This document shows, piece after piece, positions 37,400 through 49,810 of a stretch of 64,000 nucleotides of DNA (positions are counted from its first letter, which is position 1; every line of letters starts with the position of its first letter). The notes beneath the pieces are model-generated. The model worked only from the letters and a program-made list of their open reading frames with translations. It was not told where the DNA came from and made no database searches. The position numbers were made by a program, and so were the translations under genes. This stretch comes from Callorhinchus milii (lineage: Eukaryota). Location: the NCBI RefSeq assembly GCF_018977255.1, contig NW_024704742.1, positions 62,001 through 126,000 on the forward strand. Direction: 5' to 3'.

Positions 37400-39790
37400 T
37401 GAGCGTGCAGCTGCAGCCTGTCCAGACCACTTGTCAGCTTGAGCTGCTTTTTCCCTCTCACCAACCAGGTAAATCGATATTAGATGTGGAGAGTACAGGA
37501 ACAAGAAGCTGAGAAACAGAAAGAGCCTGATAGCTTCAACGTCAATTTCATGTTTGCATTCAAAGTACCCGAAGGGAGAGAGGTCCATGTTTACCTCCAG
37601 CACTTTGCATTTCACTTTGCGGGGAGGAAGGCCAAAGTGCTAACCAAGACACCGTGGAGCAGGATGCAGTTCAAGAGGTCGGAGGAACAGAATAGAAATG
37701 TTGCAGGTATAGGGGATTCAATAATAGGATAGATATACAACACTCCATAGGTTCCAGATCATCCAGAACTCTGCAGCCCATATCCTCTCCCGCACCAGGC
37801 TCCGTGACCCCCATCCTCACCCGACTCCACTGGCTTCCCATCACACAGAGGATACCGTTCAAGGTACCGGCCCTCACCTTCAAAGCCCTCCATGGCCTTG
37901 CTCCTCCCTACTGGCCCTCACCTTCAAAGCCCTCCATGGCCTTGCTCCCCCTACCCCTGAGTCCTCCTAACTCCCTACCAACCTGCCCACTCCCTGCCCG
38001 GCTCTGGCCTGCTTCACGATTGGGGGCAGACCTTCAGCCATTCTGTCCCCACCCTCTGAAAATCCATCCTCCACCTCGCCGCCTCCCTTGCTTCCATCAA
38101 GACCCATCTCAAGACCTTCCACTTTGACAGTTCTTTCGCTTCCCCCCGTCCTCCACCGTCCCCAATACCGAACCCCAGCTCAGGTCCGAAACACTGACTG
38201 TCCAGTGCCTTGGGACGTTCTCCTGACGTGAAAGGCGGGAAAAAAACAAATGTAATTTTGTTGTTGCTGTAGAGGGCTTGCTCTGTAGTCGCGATTGAGT
38301 GTCCAAGAGGCTGTGTTGTCTACTGGGTGCCAGAGTAACAGATGTTTGCAAGTGGCTGGAAAGAAACTTGGAAAGGGAGGGGAGAGAACCAGTTGTCATG
38401 GTCTGGTCCAAGTCGGAATCAATGACATAAGAAACAACAGCAATTTCCTGCTGAGAGAGTATCAGAAGCTAGGAGTTAAATTAAAAAATAGGACCCAGAG
38501 AGTGTTGACCTTCAGATTACTATCTGAGCCACGTGCAAATTGGCATAAGGATAAACACATCAGAAAAGTGAATGTGTGGGAAGGAGCGGCTCCATTTCAT
38601 GGGTCACTGTCACCAGTATTGGGACAGGAAGGAGCTGATGGGCAGGGCTGCACCTGCACCGGGCTGGGAGCAAAGTCCTTGTGGGAAGGATTAATAGGAC
38701 TGTAGAAAGGACTTTTAACCAGTAAAGGGAGGGTTCGGGTGGAAATAATAGTAACCTAAAGATAAGAATAAGAAAGGATGGATCACATGTCAGAGAACAA
38801 AAAAGTGATAAAGATAATATAAATACTCCAGGAAGAATAAAGGTTATAGGAAGTAATCACAAAAAGTGTATCAAGTGAAAAAGTGTCAGGAAAACACCAT
38901 CAGGGCAGGGCAGGGACACTTACCCAAATAAGTCTTCTATACACGAATACATGTAGGATAAGAAATAAGAAATGAAACAAGGAAGTTACAAGCACAAAAT
39001 CAGCTTAAAGAGTATGATGCTGTTGCCATTACAGAGACCTGGCTACAAGCTGGGCAGCACTGGGAGCCAAATATTCCAGGCTACAAAATCTTTTGAAAGA
39101 CCATGGAAATTTGGAAGGAGGAGTAGCAATATTGATAAAAGGCACAATTACAGCAGTGGAAAGAAAGGTTTTCAGTAAGGGTGATCAGGCCATGGAAGCA
39201 CTATGAGCAGAATTAAGAAACAGCAAAGGACGGAAGACTGGTGGGAGTTGGCTACACACCTCTTGATAGTAGTGATGTAGTGGGGGCTATGTAAATATGT
39301 AAATATGGAGATCAGGGAAACATGTAGCAAAAGTCCTGTGGAGTCCTGTAGCTCAGTGGTTGGAGCACTCGCTTTGCAAGTGAGAGACCTGAGTTCAATT
39401 CCAGGCAGAGGGCGAAACCTTGGGCAAGTTTCCTTACTCCACACAGAGCCTAATAATAATCCCTCCAAAACCAAAAACAATAATAAATTGGTCATTTTCA
39501 ATCTACGACTGTTTGTGGGACATTGCTGTGCGCAATTGGCTGCCGCGTTCGCCCACAAATATACAGTCAATTCACTTTACAGTGTGTTCTGTGAAGCGCT
39601 TTGGGACGTCCTCCCGACGTGAAAAGCGCTATATCAAATGCAAGGATTATTATTATTATTAAAAGCAATATGGTTATAATGGGAGATTTCACATAGATTT
39701 TGAGAAACAGAAAAGCTCAAGTATTCAAGGCAACCAATTTCTAGATTGCATTTGTGACAGTTTTCTGGAATAATATGTTTTATGTTAATA
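37400..39790 (+). mobile_element. Decayed CR1 5' part (ORF1 esterase, ORF2 endonuclease) with nested L2 (~37745-38270) and SINE (39338-39660)
   Basis: GIGDSII at ~37705, CC-LGARV and VQVGINDI SGNH-like blocks at ~38310-38430, then AITETWL and IMGDF endonuclease motifs. Confidence 0.75.
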
Positions 39791-39844
39791 TGCCATACAA
39801 TGAAGACATTCAAAGTAATTCTCATCATTACCCTCTTCATTGAA

Positions 39845-40520
39845 TTATACAGCACAGAAGGAGGCCATTCGACCCATCGTGTCTGTGCCGCTCTTTGAAA
39901 AGAGCTTCCAAATCAACCCCATTCCTCCCGCTCTCCCCATAGCCCTGATCAACCCCACTCCCCCACTCTCTCCCCATAGCCCTGATCAACCCCAATCCCT
40001 GCACTCTCCCCATAACCCTGATCAACCCACTCCCCTGCTCTCTCCCCATAACCCTGCAAACTTGTCCTCCACAAATAATTATCCATTTCTCTATAAAAAA
40101 TTGTTACCGCTTCCACCAGCCTTTCAGGCAATACATTCCAGGTCCCAACAACTCTGTGAAAAAAATTCTCCTCACCTCCCCTCTGTCTTTTTTAACAACT
40201 ATTTTAAATCGGTGTCCTCGGGTTACTGACACATCAGCCAGTAGAAATAGCTTCTCCTTATTTACCAATCGAATCCCCTCATCATTTTGGAAACTTCTAT
40301 TAAGTCTCCTCTTAACCTTCTCTGCTGCAAGGAGAATTATCCTAGCTTCTCTAGCCTCTCCTGATGACTGAAGTCCCTCATTCCTGGTACCGTCCTAGTA
40401 AATCTCCTTTACACCCTGTCAAATGCCTTGACAATCTTCTGAAAGTGTGGGGCCCAAAATTGAACACAGTCTCTAGCTGAGGCCTAACCAATGTTTTATA
40501 AAGGTTCATCATAACTTCCA
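39845..40520 (-). mobile_element. CR1 3' fragment with internal ~36-39-nt tandem repeat
   Basis: Similar to 1303-1900; about four units of CTCTCCCCATAGCCCTGATCAACCC at 39914-40058. Confidence 0.85.
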
Positions 40521-40789
40521 AAGGTTGTCAGCCACAACCCTTGTGGTTGTTTCATTTGGTTACGAGTAATGTTTACATAAATGTGTACTGAATATTCCTG
40601 CTTAATAACAGGGATAGCAAACTCTTTGACATCTAAACTTTCATTACTTTACTGTTATAACTGTGATAAACGCTGGTTCCCCATCCATTGGTGGTTGGTT
40701 CCCAGTCCCATTCAGCTTCTGTTAACACTGAAAGCCAAAGCTCTGATGGATAGTGTGGTCATAGTCAGACAAGAAGCGAAAATAACAAA

Positions 40790-41530
40790 ATGACAATGCG
40801 GAGTAACATCTCGGAGCTCTTAACAGTGGCTCGAGCCGGTCTGGGGTGGGGAGGTAACAGTCGACACAGTTCACCAGGAAGGTCTTCAGGTGTGAACTGA
40901 AAACTAGGATTTTTTTTGTTGTTATTCAATGAAATTTTGTCCCATATGTTGTCAGGTTATGGTGTTACATGCACAGTTAGTTACTCAATGGAAATGTCAC
41001 TCAGTATGACAAATTGTCAGTATTATGATATTGGTGTGAACTGAAAACTTTAAGAAGGAGGGATTGAATCAGAGTTCCAAATTTTCAGCATGTAGTGCAG
41101 GAAACCAATGGAGAAATTCACAAATGTAATCTTCTAAGTCATTGCTGACCTGGTTTCCATTGATGAATGATTTTGTAAGGAACACCTCAACTTCCTGGAA
41201 ACTCCAAGATTTTGAATGAGTCACAGCATTTTTACGACATAAGAGCCAGTTGAGCAGCGAGACCCACCTCTGACTGTAAGTTGGGCTTAGCGTACAGTCA
41301 GAGGTGGGTAATGTGACGGAGGTGGAGGAAAGCAGTCCTGGTCAGGGACCGGATATGGGATACAAAGGGCAGCTGAGGATTGAACCTAATGCCGAGGTTA
41401 CGCACAGGTTCAGTAAGTCTGAGGGATAGGCCAGGGAGGATGAGGAGTTCAGAGTCGCAGGAGAGAAGACGTTGTCTGGCACTGAGGAGTAGGACTTCCA
41501 ATAAGTGGGGAAGACTGTCCAAGATAGCCA
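40790..41530 (-). mobile_element. Decayed L2 fragment hosting two chemokine-derived insertions
   Basis: Reverse ORF reads LTEPVRNLGIRFNPQLPFVSHIRSLTRTAFLHLRHI; interrupted at 40906-41032 and ~41120-41255. Confidence 0.65.
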
Positions 41531-42069
41531 TCAAGTCAGTTATTACAAAGACTCATTTATGTAAGTAAGCGAAGCAGACCGAAGACTAACAAATTATCAT
41601 TCACTGTCACAGCCCATCCACCACCTGCCTGTCTGTAGGTCCCGAGCACTGAGCCATAATAAAGCTTGAAAATCCCTTGTTGTCTGCAAGATTATGGCTA
41701 AAAGTGACATCACCCTGATAGCAGCACTGCACTATCATGTGGATAACACACATGGTTTATGCGCCCAGACAGGAAATACCACAATGGTCATGACGTGTGA
41801 TTGTGTGGGCTTTCTCAAATTACACTTTAAAATTTATGTTAGTTCGCTACAGGGTCCTCAGTAAATCAGCTTTGGGATCTATTATGAACCATTTGTAAAC
41901 CATGTCTAACACATGGGTACAGTGCGAGATACAGATGCCCTTAATTCTTTTAAGTGCTGCCCACCTGAAAGGCGCTACACATATTGCAAATTGCTGCTAT
42001 TGTAATGAACAACCCATAAAAGAATTTACAACTAAGCAATAAGCAATTAAATTTAAAAAAACCTAGCTT

Positions 42070-43384
42070 TGCAGGTATGAGGGAAGAATTAGCTAAAATA
42101 GACTGGGGAATTAGATTAATGGATATGACAATAGACCAACAGTGGCAAACGTTTAAAGAGGTAGTGCATAATTCTCAGTTATCCGTGGCTAACTAGAGCA
42201 GTTAGAGAAAGTATAAAACTAAAAGAAAAGGCCTATAAAACGGCCAAAAAGAGTAGCAAACCTGAGGACTGGGAGAGTTTTAGGGACCAACAAAGGAAAA
42301 CCAAAAAGCTCATTAAGAGTAAGAAAATGGATTATGAGGGCAAGCTCGCTAGGAATATTAAGACAGATTGTAAGAGTTTTTATAAATACATTAAGAGCAA
42401 TAGGCTAGCAAAAGTAAATGTGGGTCCATTATAGGCAGAGACAGAGGAATTATAATGGGGGATAAGGATATGGCAGAGTCCCTAAATAAATACTTTGCTT
42501 CTGTCTTCATGTTAGAAGACACAAGATGTTTACCAGAAATAGAGATAAACCAAGGGGCTAATGACAGGGAGCAACTTAGGGAAATTTACATTAGCAAAGA
42601 ATTGGTGCTAGGGAAATTGTTGGCATTAAAAGTGACAAGTCCCCTGGACCTGATGGTTTGCATCCTAGGGTTTTAAAAGAGGTAACTCATGAGATAGTGG
42701 AGGCCTTGTGTCTGATCTTCCAAAACTCTTTGGATTCTGGAATGGTTCCCATTGATTGGAAGATCGCAAACGTCATATCACTATTTAAGAAGGGTGAGAG
42801 AGAAAAGATGGGGAACTATAGACAGTTAGTCTGACTTCAGTGGTAGGGAAAATTCTAGAATCCATAATTAACGATGTCGTACTGGAATACTCAGAGGATC
42901 ACAATATGATTAGACAGAGTCAACATGGCTTTACAAAACAGAAGTCATGCTTAACAAATCTTTTACATTTTTTTGAAGACATATTAAGTAGTCAGATAGG
43001 GGGGAATCAGTGGATGTAGTGTATTTAGATTTCCAAAAGGCATTCGAGAAGCTGCGCATAAAAAGTTGATCCACAAGATTAGGGCCGATGGAATTAAGGG
43101 GAATACATTAGCATGGATTGAAGAATGGCTAACGGGAAGAAAACAAAGAGTAGGGATAAACGGGTCCTTCTCAGATTGGCGGGATGTAACTAGTCGAGTG
43201 CTTGGGCCTCAACTATTTACAATCTACATCAACGATCTAGATGAGGACATCGAACTTAATATATCCAAATTCGCGGATGACACTAAACTAGGAGGGAGAG
43301 TAAACACTGAGGATGACATTACAAAAATGGAACGAGATATAGATAGGCCAGGGGAGTGGGCAAATAGGTGGCAGATTAAATATA
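42070..43384 (+). mobile_element. CR1 ORF2 RT region, truncated at the gene D duplication breakpoint
   Basis: Reads MAESLNKYFASVF, QHGF, VYLDFQKAF and VLGPQLFTIYINDLDE...SKFADDTKLGG...WANRWQIKY, then switches abruptly to the duplicated block. Confidence 0.92.
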
Positions 43385-43697
43385 CGTGCGATCGAGTTTG
43401 AGGTAATGGGCCATTGACACAATTAATCCCTTACAGTTAGTATCGCCTGATTTAGACAGCAGTTTCAATCTGGTTTAAGTTAGTATAATACTAGTCCTCC
43501 TGATGTTCCTGACGTGATATGTTTCATTGGCAAATTCCCAGCAAAGCTGTGGTAAGACTTTGGAGCTGAAAAAAAAGGGTTTTGTAACAGTAATAAACCT
43601 GAGAGAATCGCGTGAAACCACAAGAATGGACAAATGTGACCTTAAGTCATTGCTGACCTGGTTTCCGTTGACGAATGATGTTGTAAGGAACACCTCA

Positions 43698-43752
43698 ACT
43701 TCCTGGGAAACTCCAAGATTTGGAATGACTCACAGCCTTTTCAGGATATAAA
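43698..43752 (+). promoter_or_regulatory. Gene D proximal promoter (copy of gene C promoter)
   Basis: GGGAAACTCC 43705-43714, TGACTCA 43726-43732, TATAAA 43747-43752. Confidence 0.72.
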
Positions 43753-43843
43753 GCGGCAGTTGAGCGGTGAGGAGTCAGAAACAAACTGCAGCCGCACAGC
43801 ACAGCACAGGGCAGAGACACAGCAAACACCACGTACAGCAAAG

Positions 43844-44845
43844 ATGGACAGCAAACTGACCGTCACCGTCCTCGCTCTCCTCGCACTATATGTGGCTTCT
43901 ACACGAGGTAAGAAATCATCTGCCGGAATGTACGGTGTTTAATTATAATGTACCACCAGCCCTCAGGATTCCAGTGTGAGGGACACTGACTCCAACAGAG
44001 AGATGTGATGGGACTTTGATTCCCAAACCTGTAAATCTGTATGAGAATGAGAACCTTTTGATGGCATTTTACTCTGAAGCCTAAACCTCTGCACTGGGTT
44101 TATTTCACAGCTGCATCTATCGGAAGCGCGGGAGGAAGTCTGCGTTGTCAGTGCGTTAAAACAATGTCTGAGTTCATCAATCCGAAGTTCATGAAGAACA
44201 TTGAGATTGTTCCAAGTGGTCCTCACTGCAGCAATGCAGAGATCATGTAAGTGTCATTAATGTGGAGCATTAATACCGTCCCGTTTCTTTCAGTCGCGAT
44301 ATTTTTAAACAGTTTCAGCAGAGATTTGAGGCTGACCATTTGACACGTCTTGTTCTTCTCTTGCAGTGTCACTCTGAAAAGCACAAACCGAGTCTGTCTG
44401 GACCCACAAGCTCCCTGGGTGAAAAGGATCATTAACAGGGTGATGAATGGGTAAGTGCCCATTCCTGTGTCAGGGTGGGATCAGGGAAAGGGAACCAGTT
44501 CACCTCTGTACCAAGTGACAGCCACAAATGCTCCTGAGTCAAGTGAAGCATCAGACAATGACATAAAGAGCTTCTCCACATGCAGTTTCACCCACAAAAT
44601 ACACAGTCAATCAGTCAATTCACTTTACCTTATATTCTGTGACACACTTTGAGAAGTCTCAAAGACGTGATTAGGAGCTATATCAAATTCAAGCATTATT
44701 ATTATTATCTGAAAAGTCACAGACTCAACATATTTAACCTCCTTTCTGAAGTACCTGCTTTCTTAAAAACGACTTTATGTGTATTAGAATTGGTAACTCA
44801 TGAATTGTTTCATCTTTCTGCAGTGCCAATGCTGAAGGTCACTAA
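43844..44845 (+). CDS. cxcl8: CXCL8 (IL-8)-like chemokine, gene D (coding-identical duplicate of gene C)
   Basis: Exons 43844-43907, 44111-44246, 44367-44450 and 44824-44845, offset 8268 nt from gene C. No coding differences were seen by eye. Confidence 0.9.
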
Positions 44846-47544
44846 GAATGTCTAAGGATGGAGAGAGAGCCTGAAAGCCTCTTGTCACAGTCTCGTTACT
44901 ACCTCAGCTGTCTTCGTGTTCAGACTTCTTCTCAGCAGGCAGCAAATGTTAACCTGGTTTAAAGCAGTCTTCACTGAAGTTTATATCCATTGCATGTATG
45001 TTCTTACTGAACAATGTAATTATCTTGAAATGTGTTTATTTTCTCAACTGAGACTAAACTGTGGCCAGCACTTAGGACTGAGAGCAACCGAGGGACTGGA
45101 TGCAAAGTAATAAGCCAACAGCTGGATCTGTGATCCTGCTGTTTGCTAGGATTTTTGTTGTTGTTATTCAATGAGATTTTGTCCCATATGTTGTCAGGTT
45201 ATGGTGTGACATGCACAGTTAGTTACTCAGTGGAAATGTCACTCAGTATGACAAATTGTCAGTATTATGATATTGGTTCGGTCTTTTGATTTATTTGGGC
45301 TTTTATTTGCTTCGGTATTTATATTATGTATTTATTCCCTTACATTGAGAGTGCTAAAATGTCTACAGAAAATAATTTGTTGAAAACTAATTTATGTTTC
45401 AAAGTAATTTATTAAGACAATAAATGGATTAATTACTATTTATTTATAGTATTTCAAATTTGATATAACTGTCTGTTATATTTGTTACATCTTGTTTAAA
45501 AGGAACATTGCAGATTAAAAGTTATTCATCAAATAATCCCTGCACTTGATTTCTATTTGTACATTGATTGCATTTGACTTTTCACAATGAACCATCATAG
45601 CTCATTCCTCTAACCCTGGAGATGATCTTTGATCTTTGATCATCTCCTCTCAATAACCTGTGAGGCCTGAGCGTGCAGCTGCAGCCTGTCCAGACCACTT
45701 GTCAGCTTGAGCTGCTTTTTCCCTCTCACCAACCAGGTAAATCGATATTAGATGTGGAGAGTACAGGAACAAGAAGCTGAGAAACAGAAAGAGCCTGATA
45801 GCTTCAACGTCAATTTCATGTTTGCATTCAAAGTACCCGAAGGGAGAGAGGTCCATGTTTACCTCCAGCACTTTGCATTTCACTTTGCGGGGAGGAAGGC
45901 CAAAGTACTAACCAAGACACCGTGGAGCAGGATGCAGTTCAAGAGGTCGGAGGAACAGAATAGAAATGTTGCAGGTATAGGGGATTCAATAATAGGATAG
46001 ATATACAACACTCCATAGGTTCCAGATCATCCAGAACTCTGCAGCCCATATCCTCTCCCGCACCAGGCTCCGTGACCCCCATCCTCACCCGACTCCACTG
46101 GCTTCCCATCACACAGAGGATACCGTTCAAGGTACTGGCCCTCACCTTCAAAGCCCTCCATGGCCTTGCTCCCCCTACCCCTGAGTCCTCCTAACTCCCT
46201 ACCAACCTGCCCACTCCCTGCCCGGCTCTGGCCTGCTTCACGATTGGGGGCAGACTTTCAGCCATTCTGTCCCCACCCTCTGAAAATCCATCCTCCACCT
46301 CGCCGCCTCCCTTGCTTCCATCAAGACCCATCTCAAGACCTTCCACTTTGACAGTTCTTTCGCTTCCCCCCGTCCTCCACCGTCCCCAATACCGAACCCC
46401 AGCTCAGGTCCGAAACACTGACTGTCCAGTGCCTTGGGACGTTCTCCTGACGTGAAAGGCGGGAAAAAAACAAATGTAATTTTGTTGTTGCTGTAGAGGG
46501 CTTGCTCTGTAGTCGCAATTGAGTGTCCAAGAGGCTGTGTTGTCTACTGGGTGTCAGAGTAACAGATGTGTGCAAGTGGCTGGAAAGAAACTTGGAAAGG
46601 GAGGGGAGAGAACCAGTTGTCATGGTCTGGTCCAAGTCGGAATCAATGACATAAGAAACAACAGCAATTTCCTGCTGAGAGAGTATCAGGAGCTAGGAGT
46701 TAAATTAAAAAATAGGACCCAGAGAGTGTTGACCTTCAGATTACTATCTGAGCCACGTGCAAATTGGCATAAGGATAAACACATCAGAAAAGTGAATGTG
46801 TGGGAAGGAGCGGCTCCATTTCATGGGTCACTGTCACCAGTATTGGGACAGGAAGGAGCTGATGGGCAGGGCTGCACCTGCACCGGGCTGGGAGCAAAGT
46901 CCTTGTGGGAAGGATTAATAGGACTGTAGAAAGGACTTTTAACCAGTAAAGGGAGGGTTCGGGTGGAAATAATAGTAACCTAAAGATAAGAATAAGAAAG
47001 GATGGAACACATGTCAGAGAACAAAAAAGTGATAAAGATAATATAAATACTCCAGGAAGAATAAAGGTTATAGGAAGTAATCACAAAAAGTGTATCAAGT
47101 GAAAAAGTGTCAGGAAAACACCATCAGGGCAGGGCAGGGACACTTACCCAAATAAGTCTTCTATACACGAATACATGTAGGATAAGAAATAAGAAATGAA
47201 ACAAGGAAGTTACAAGCACAAAATCAGCTTAAAGAGTATGATGCTGTTGCCATTACAGAGACCTGGCTACAAGCTGGGCAGCACTGGGAGCCAAATATTC
47301 CAGGCTACAAAATCTTTTGAAAGACCATGGAAATTTGGAAGGAGGAGTAGCAATATTGATAAAAGGCACAATTACAGCAGATTAAAAGTTATTCATCAAA
47401 TAATCCCTGCACTTGATTTCTATTTGTACATTGATTGATTTGACTTTTCACAATGAACCATCATTTCCTCCTATTTAAGAAGCAAGAAACACAATGAAGC
47501 CGCACATATCTCAAGAAAGCCAAATCACACTGAAAGCTCCCACA

Positions 47545-48198
47545 CATAAACAACGCCTGTAACATTGCCCGACTCCGCCACTACCTCACCCCTCTGAGAC
47601 TCTTGTTCATGCCTTCATCATCTCCAGGCTCGACTATGCAAACGCCTGCGTGTCGCCCTTCCCAACTCCTCCCTCCATAGACTGCAGATAATCCAGAACT
47701 TTTCAGCCTATGTCCTCTCCCGCACCAAACTCCGTGACCCCATCTCCCCCATTCTCGCCCGACTCCATTGGCTCCCTATCCTTCAGAGGATCTAGTTCAA
47801 GATCCTGGTCCTCACATACAAACCCCTCCATGGCCTCGCCCCACCCTACCTCTGCGACCTCCTAACTCCTACCAACCTACCCGTTCCCTCCACTCAGCCG
47901 GCTCAGGCTGCTCCACATCCCGAGAACCACCCGCTCCACCATAGGCGGGAGAGCCTTCAGCCACTCTTCCCAACCTCTGGAACTCCATCCGCCAGTCACT
48001 CCGCCTCGCCCCCTCCTTAGCCTCCTTCAAGTCCCATCTCAAAAGCCTCATCGTCGACCGTGCCATTGGTCACCCCCCTTCCCCTCCCCTCTCCCCTCCC
48101 CCCAGACCCCAGCTTGGGTCTGAATGCTGTACACTGTCCAGCACCTTGGGATGTCCTCCCGACGTGAAAGGCACTACACAAATGTAATGTTGTTGTTT
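47545..48198 (+). mobile_element. L2 LINE 3' fragment
   Basis: Reads HAFIISRLDYAN...LHWLPI...IGGRAFSH, followed by the hairpin and TTG tail. Confidence 0.88.
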
Positions 48199-49024
48199 TC
48201 CAATCCAAGTTCAATTCAGTTAATTTTTTTCCCGTCAAAAATAAGAACTTGCATTTGTTTACCGCCTTCATATTTCTCGGAGCGCTTCAATTTATGGTAA
48301 CTTTGTATTTTCTGTCATGAATAATGTGAGTAAATCTGCAGTTGGAATCTGGAAAAAATTAAACATTCCCATCCTCAGTGACTCAACGGCTTTAACCACT
48401 AAGTGGCCAGTGAGGGCATCCAGCCGTTCGCACAAACCATAATCATTCCCTGCTCTTTTTGTCAGGGGTTGTATCCCTTACTTGCTGTCTCCATTTGCTT
48501 GTCTAAAATGTAAATCCAAGTAGATCGTCTCGAAGGGATACTTTTGTTATGTTATAGTATTTAAAATTGCTATTACTAGCTGCAGCAGTAAAAGGATTAA
48601 AGGTCTTTCTTTAATCGCAGGTTACTTCCAATGAAAAATAAATATTGTCATATATTTGTTCAATTTTTTTTCACAGACTCCATGCTCTGGTTCTGTTTGT
48701 AGGTGAGGGCTCTTATCGACGTTTTCAATGGGGTTATTGATCAGGTTAAGTTGCCTTAAGCTTTAAATCGATCGAACATTTGGCCTCATCCACTTCAACA
48801 GAAATAGAGCTTTTTATTGCTCTCTCTTGCACACTGCACATTGATATTTTGTTAAAGTATTTAAGGAATTAAATAAAATAACTGAGGCGTACATTTCAAA
48901 ACGATTTTCAGCCTGTCATAAACAAATTTATTTGGTGGATTCAGTTTCCAGTTGTGTAACCATCAGTAAAACAACAACAACAACAAAATGACATTTGTTT
49001 GGCGTCTTTCACATCAGGAGGACG

Positions 49025-49810
49025 TCAACAAGACTGAGGCTCTCCTGATTGGCTCCCGTCAGCGCCTCCTCACCTCAGGCGCTGACAGCATCACCATCCA
49101 CAATTGCACACTTCACCTCACTGAGCCAGTCCGGACCCTTGCGGTCTTGTTTGACCCTCAACTTTCCTTTCTACCCCACACCTGCAACATTGTGCGCATC
49201 CGCCACTGTCTCACACCACAGGCCGCCGAAACCCTCTTACACGCCTTCATTGCATCGAGGCTCGACTACGCAAACTCCATGCTTGTCGGCATCCCCAACT
49301 CCTCCCTCCACAGGCTGCAGCTCATCCAGAACTAACTCTGCAGCCCGTGTCCTCTCCTGCACCAGGTTCTGTGACCCTATCACCCCATCCTCGCTCAACT
49401 CTACTGGCTTCCCATCACACAGAGGATACAGTTCAAGATCCTGGTCCTCACCTTCTTGTTCCCCCCGACCTCTGCCACCTCCTAACCCCCTACCATCCTG
49501 CTCGCTCCCTCCGCTCAGCGAGCTCCGGCCTGCTTCACGTCCCCCGCTTCACTCGCCCCTCTATTGGCAGGTGGGTCTTCTGCCACTCTGCCCCCACCCT
49601 CTGGAACTCCATCCCACAGTCCCTACGCCTCGCCCCTCCCTCGCCTCCTTCAAGACCCATCTCAAGAACCTCCTCTTCGACAGTGCTTTCGATCTTCCTG
49701 CTTCCCCTCCTGCCCGCCACCCTCCCCAACCCCAACACTGTCTGTGCAGCACCGTGGGAGGTCCTCCCAATGTGAAAGGCGCTATACAAACTTTGTTGGT
49801 GTTGTTGTTA
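49025..49810 (+). mobile_element. L2 LINE 3' fragment
   Basis: Reads [15 protein letters not shown]...HAFIASRLDYANSML...LQLIQN, followed by the tail. Confidence 0.9.

Larger units (their letters stand above)
35117..39156 (+). repeat. Segmental duplication copy 1 (gene C plus 5' part of a CR1)
   Basis: Matches 43385-47380 except for roughly a dozen substitutions and one 44-nt tandem duplication (~37869-37950). Confidence 0.95.
43385..47380 (+). repeat. Segmental duplication copy 2 (gene D plus 5' part of a CR1)
   Basis: Begins CGTGCGATCGAG, as at 35117, and ends ...ATTACAGCAG, as at 39156. Confidence 0.95.

Noticed and set aside
39914..40058. ~37-nt tandem repeats resembling an array
   Set aside because: No unique spacers and located within a CR1 3' end; a local tandem expansion, not CRISPR.
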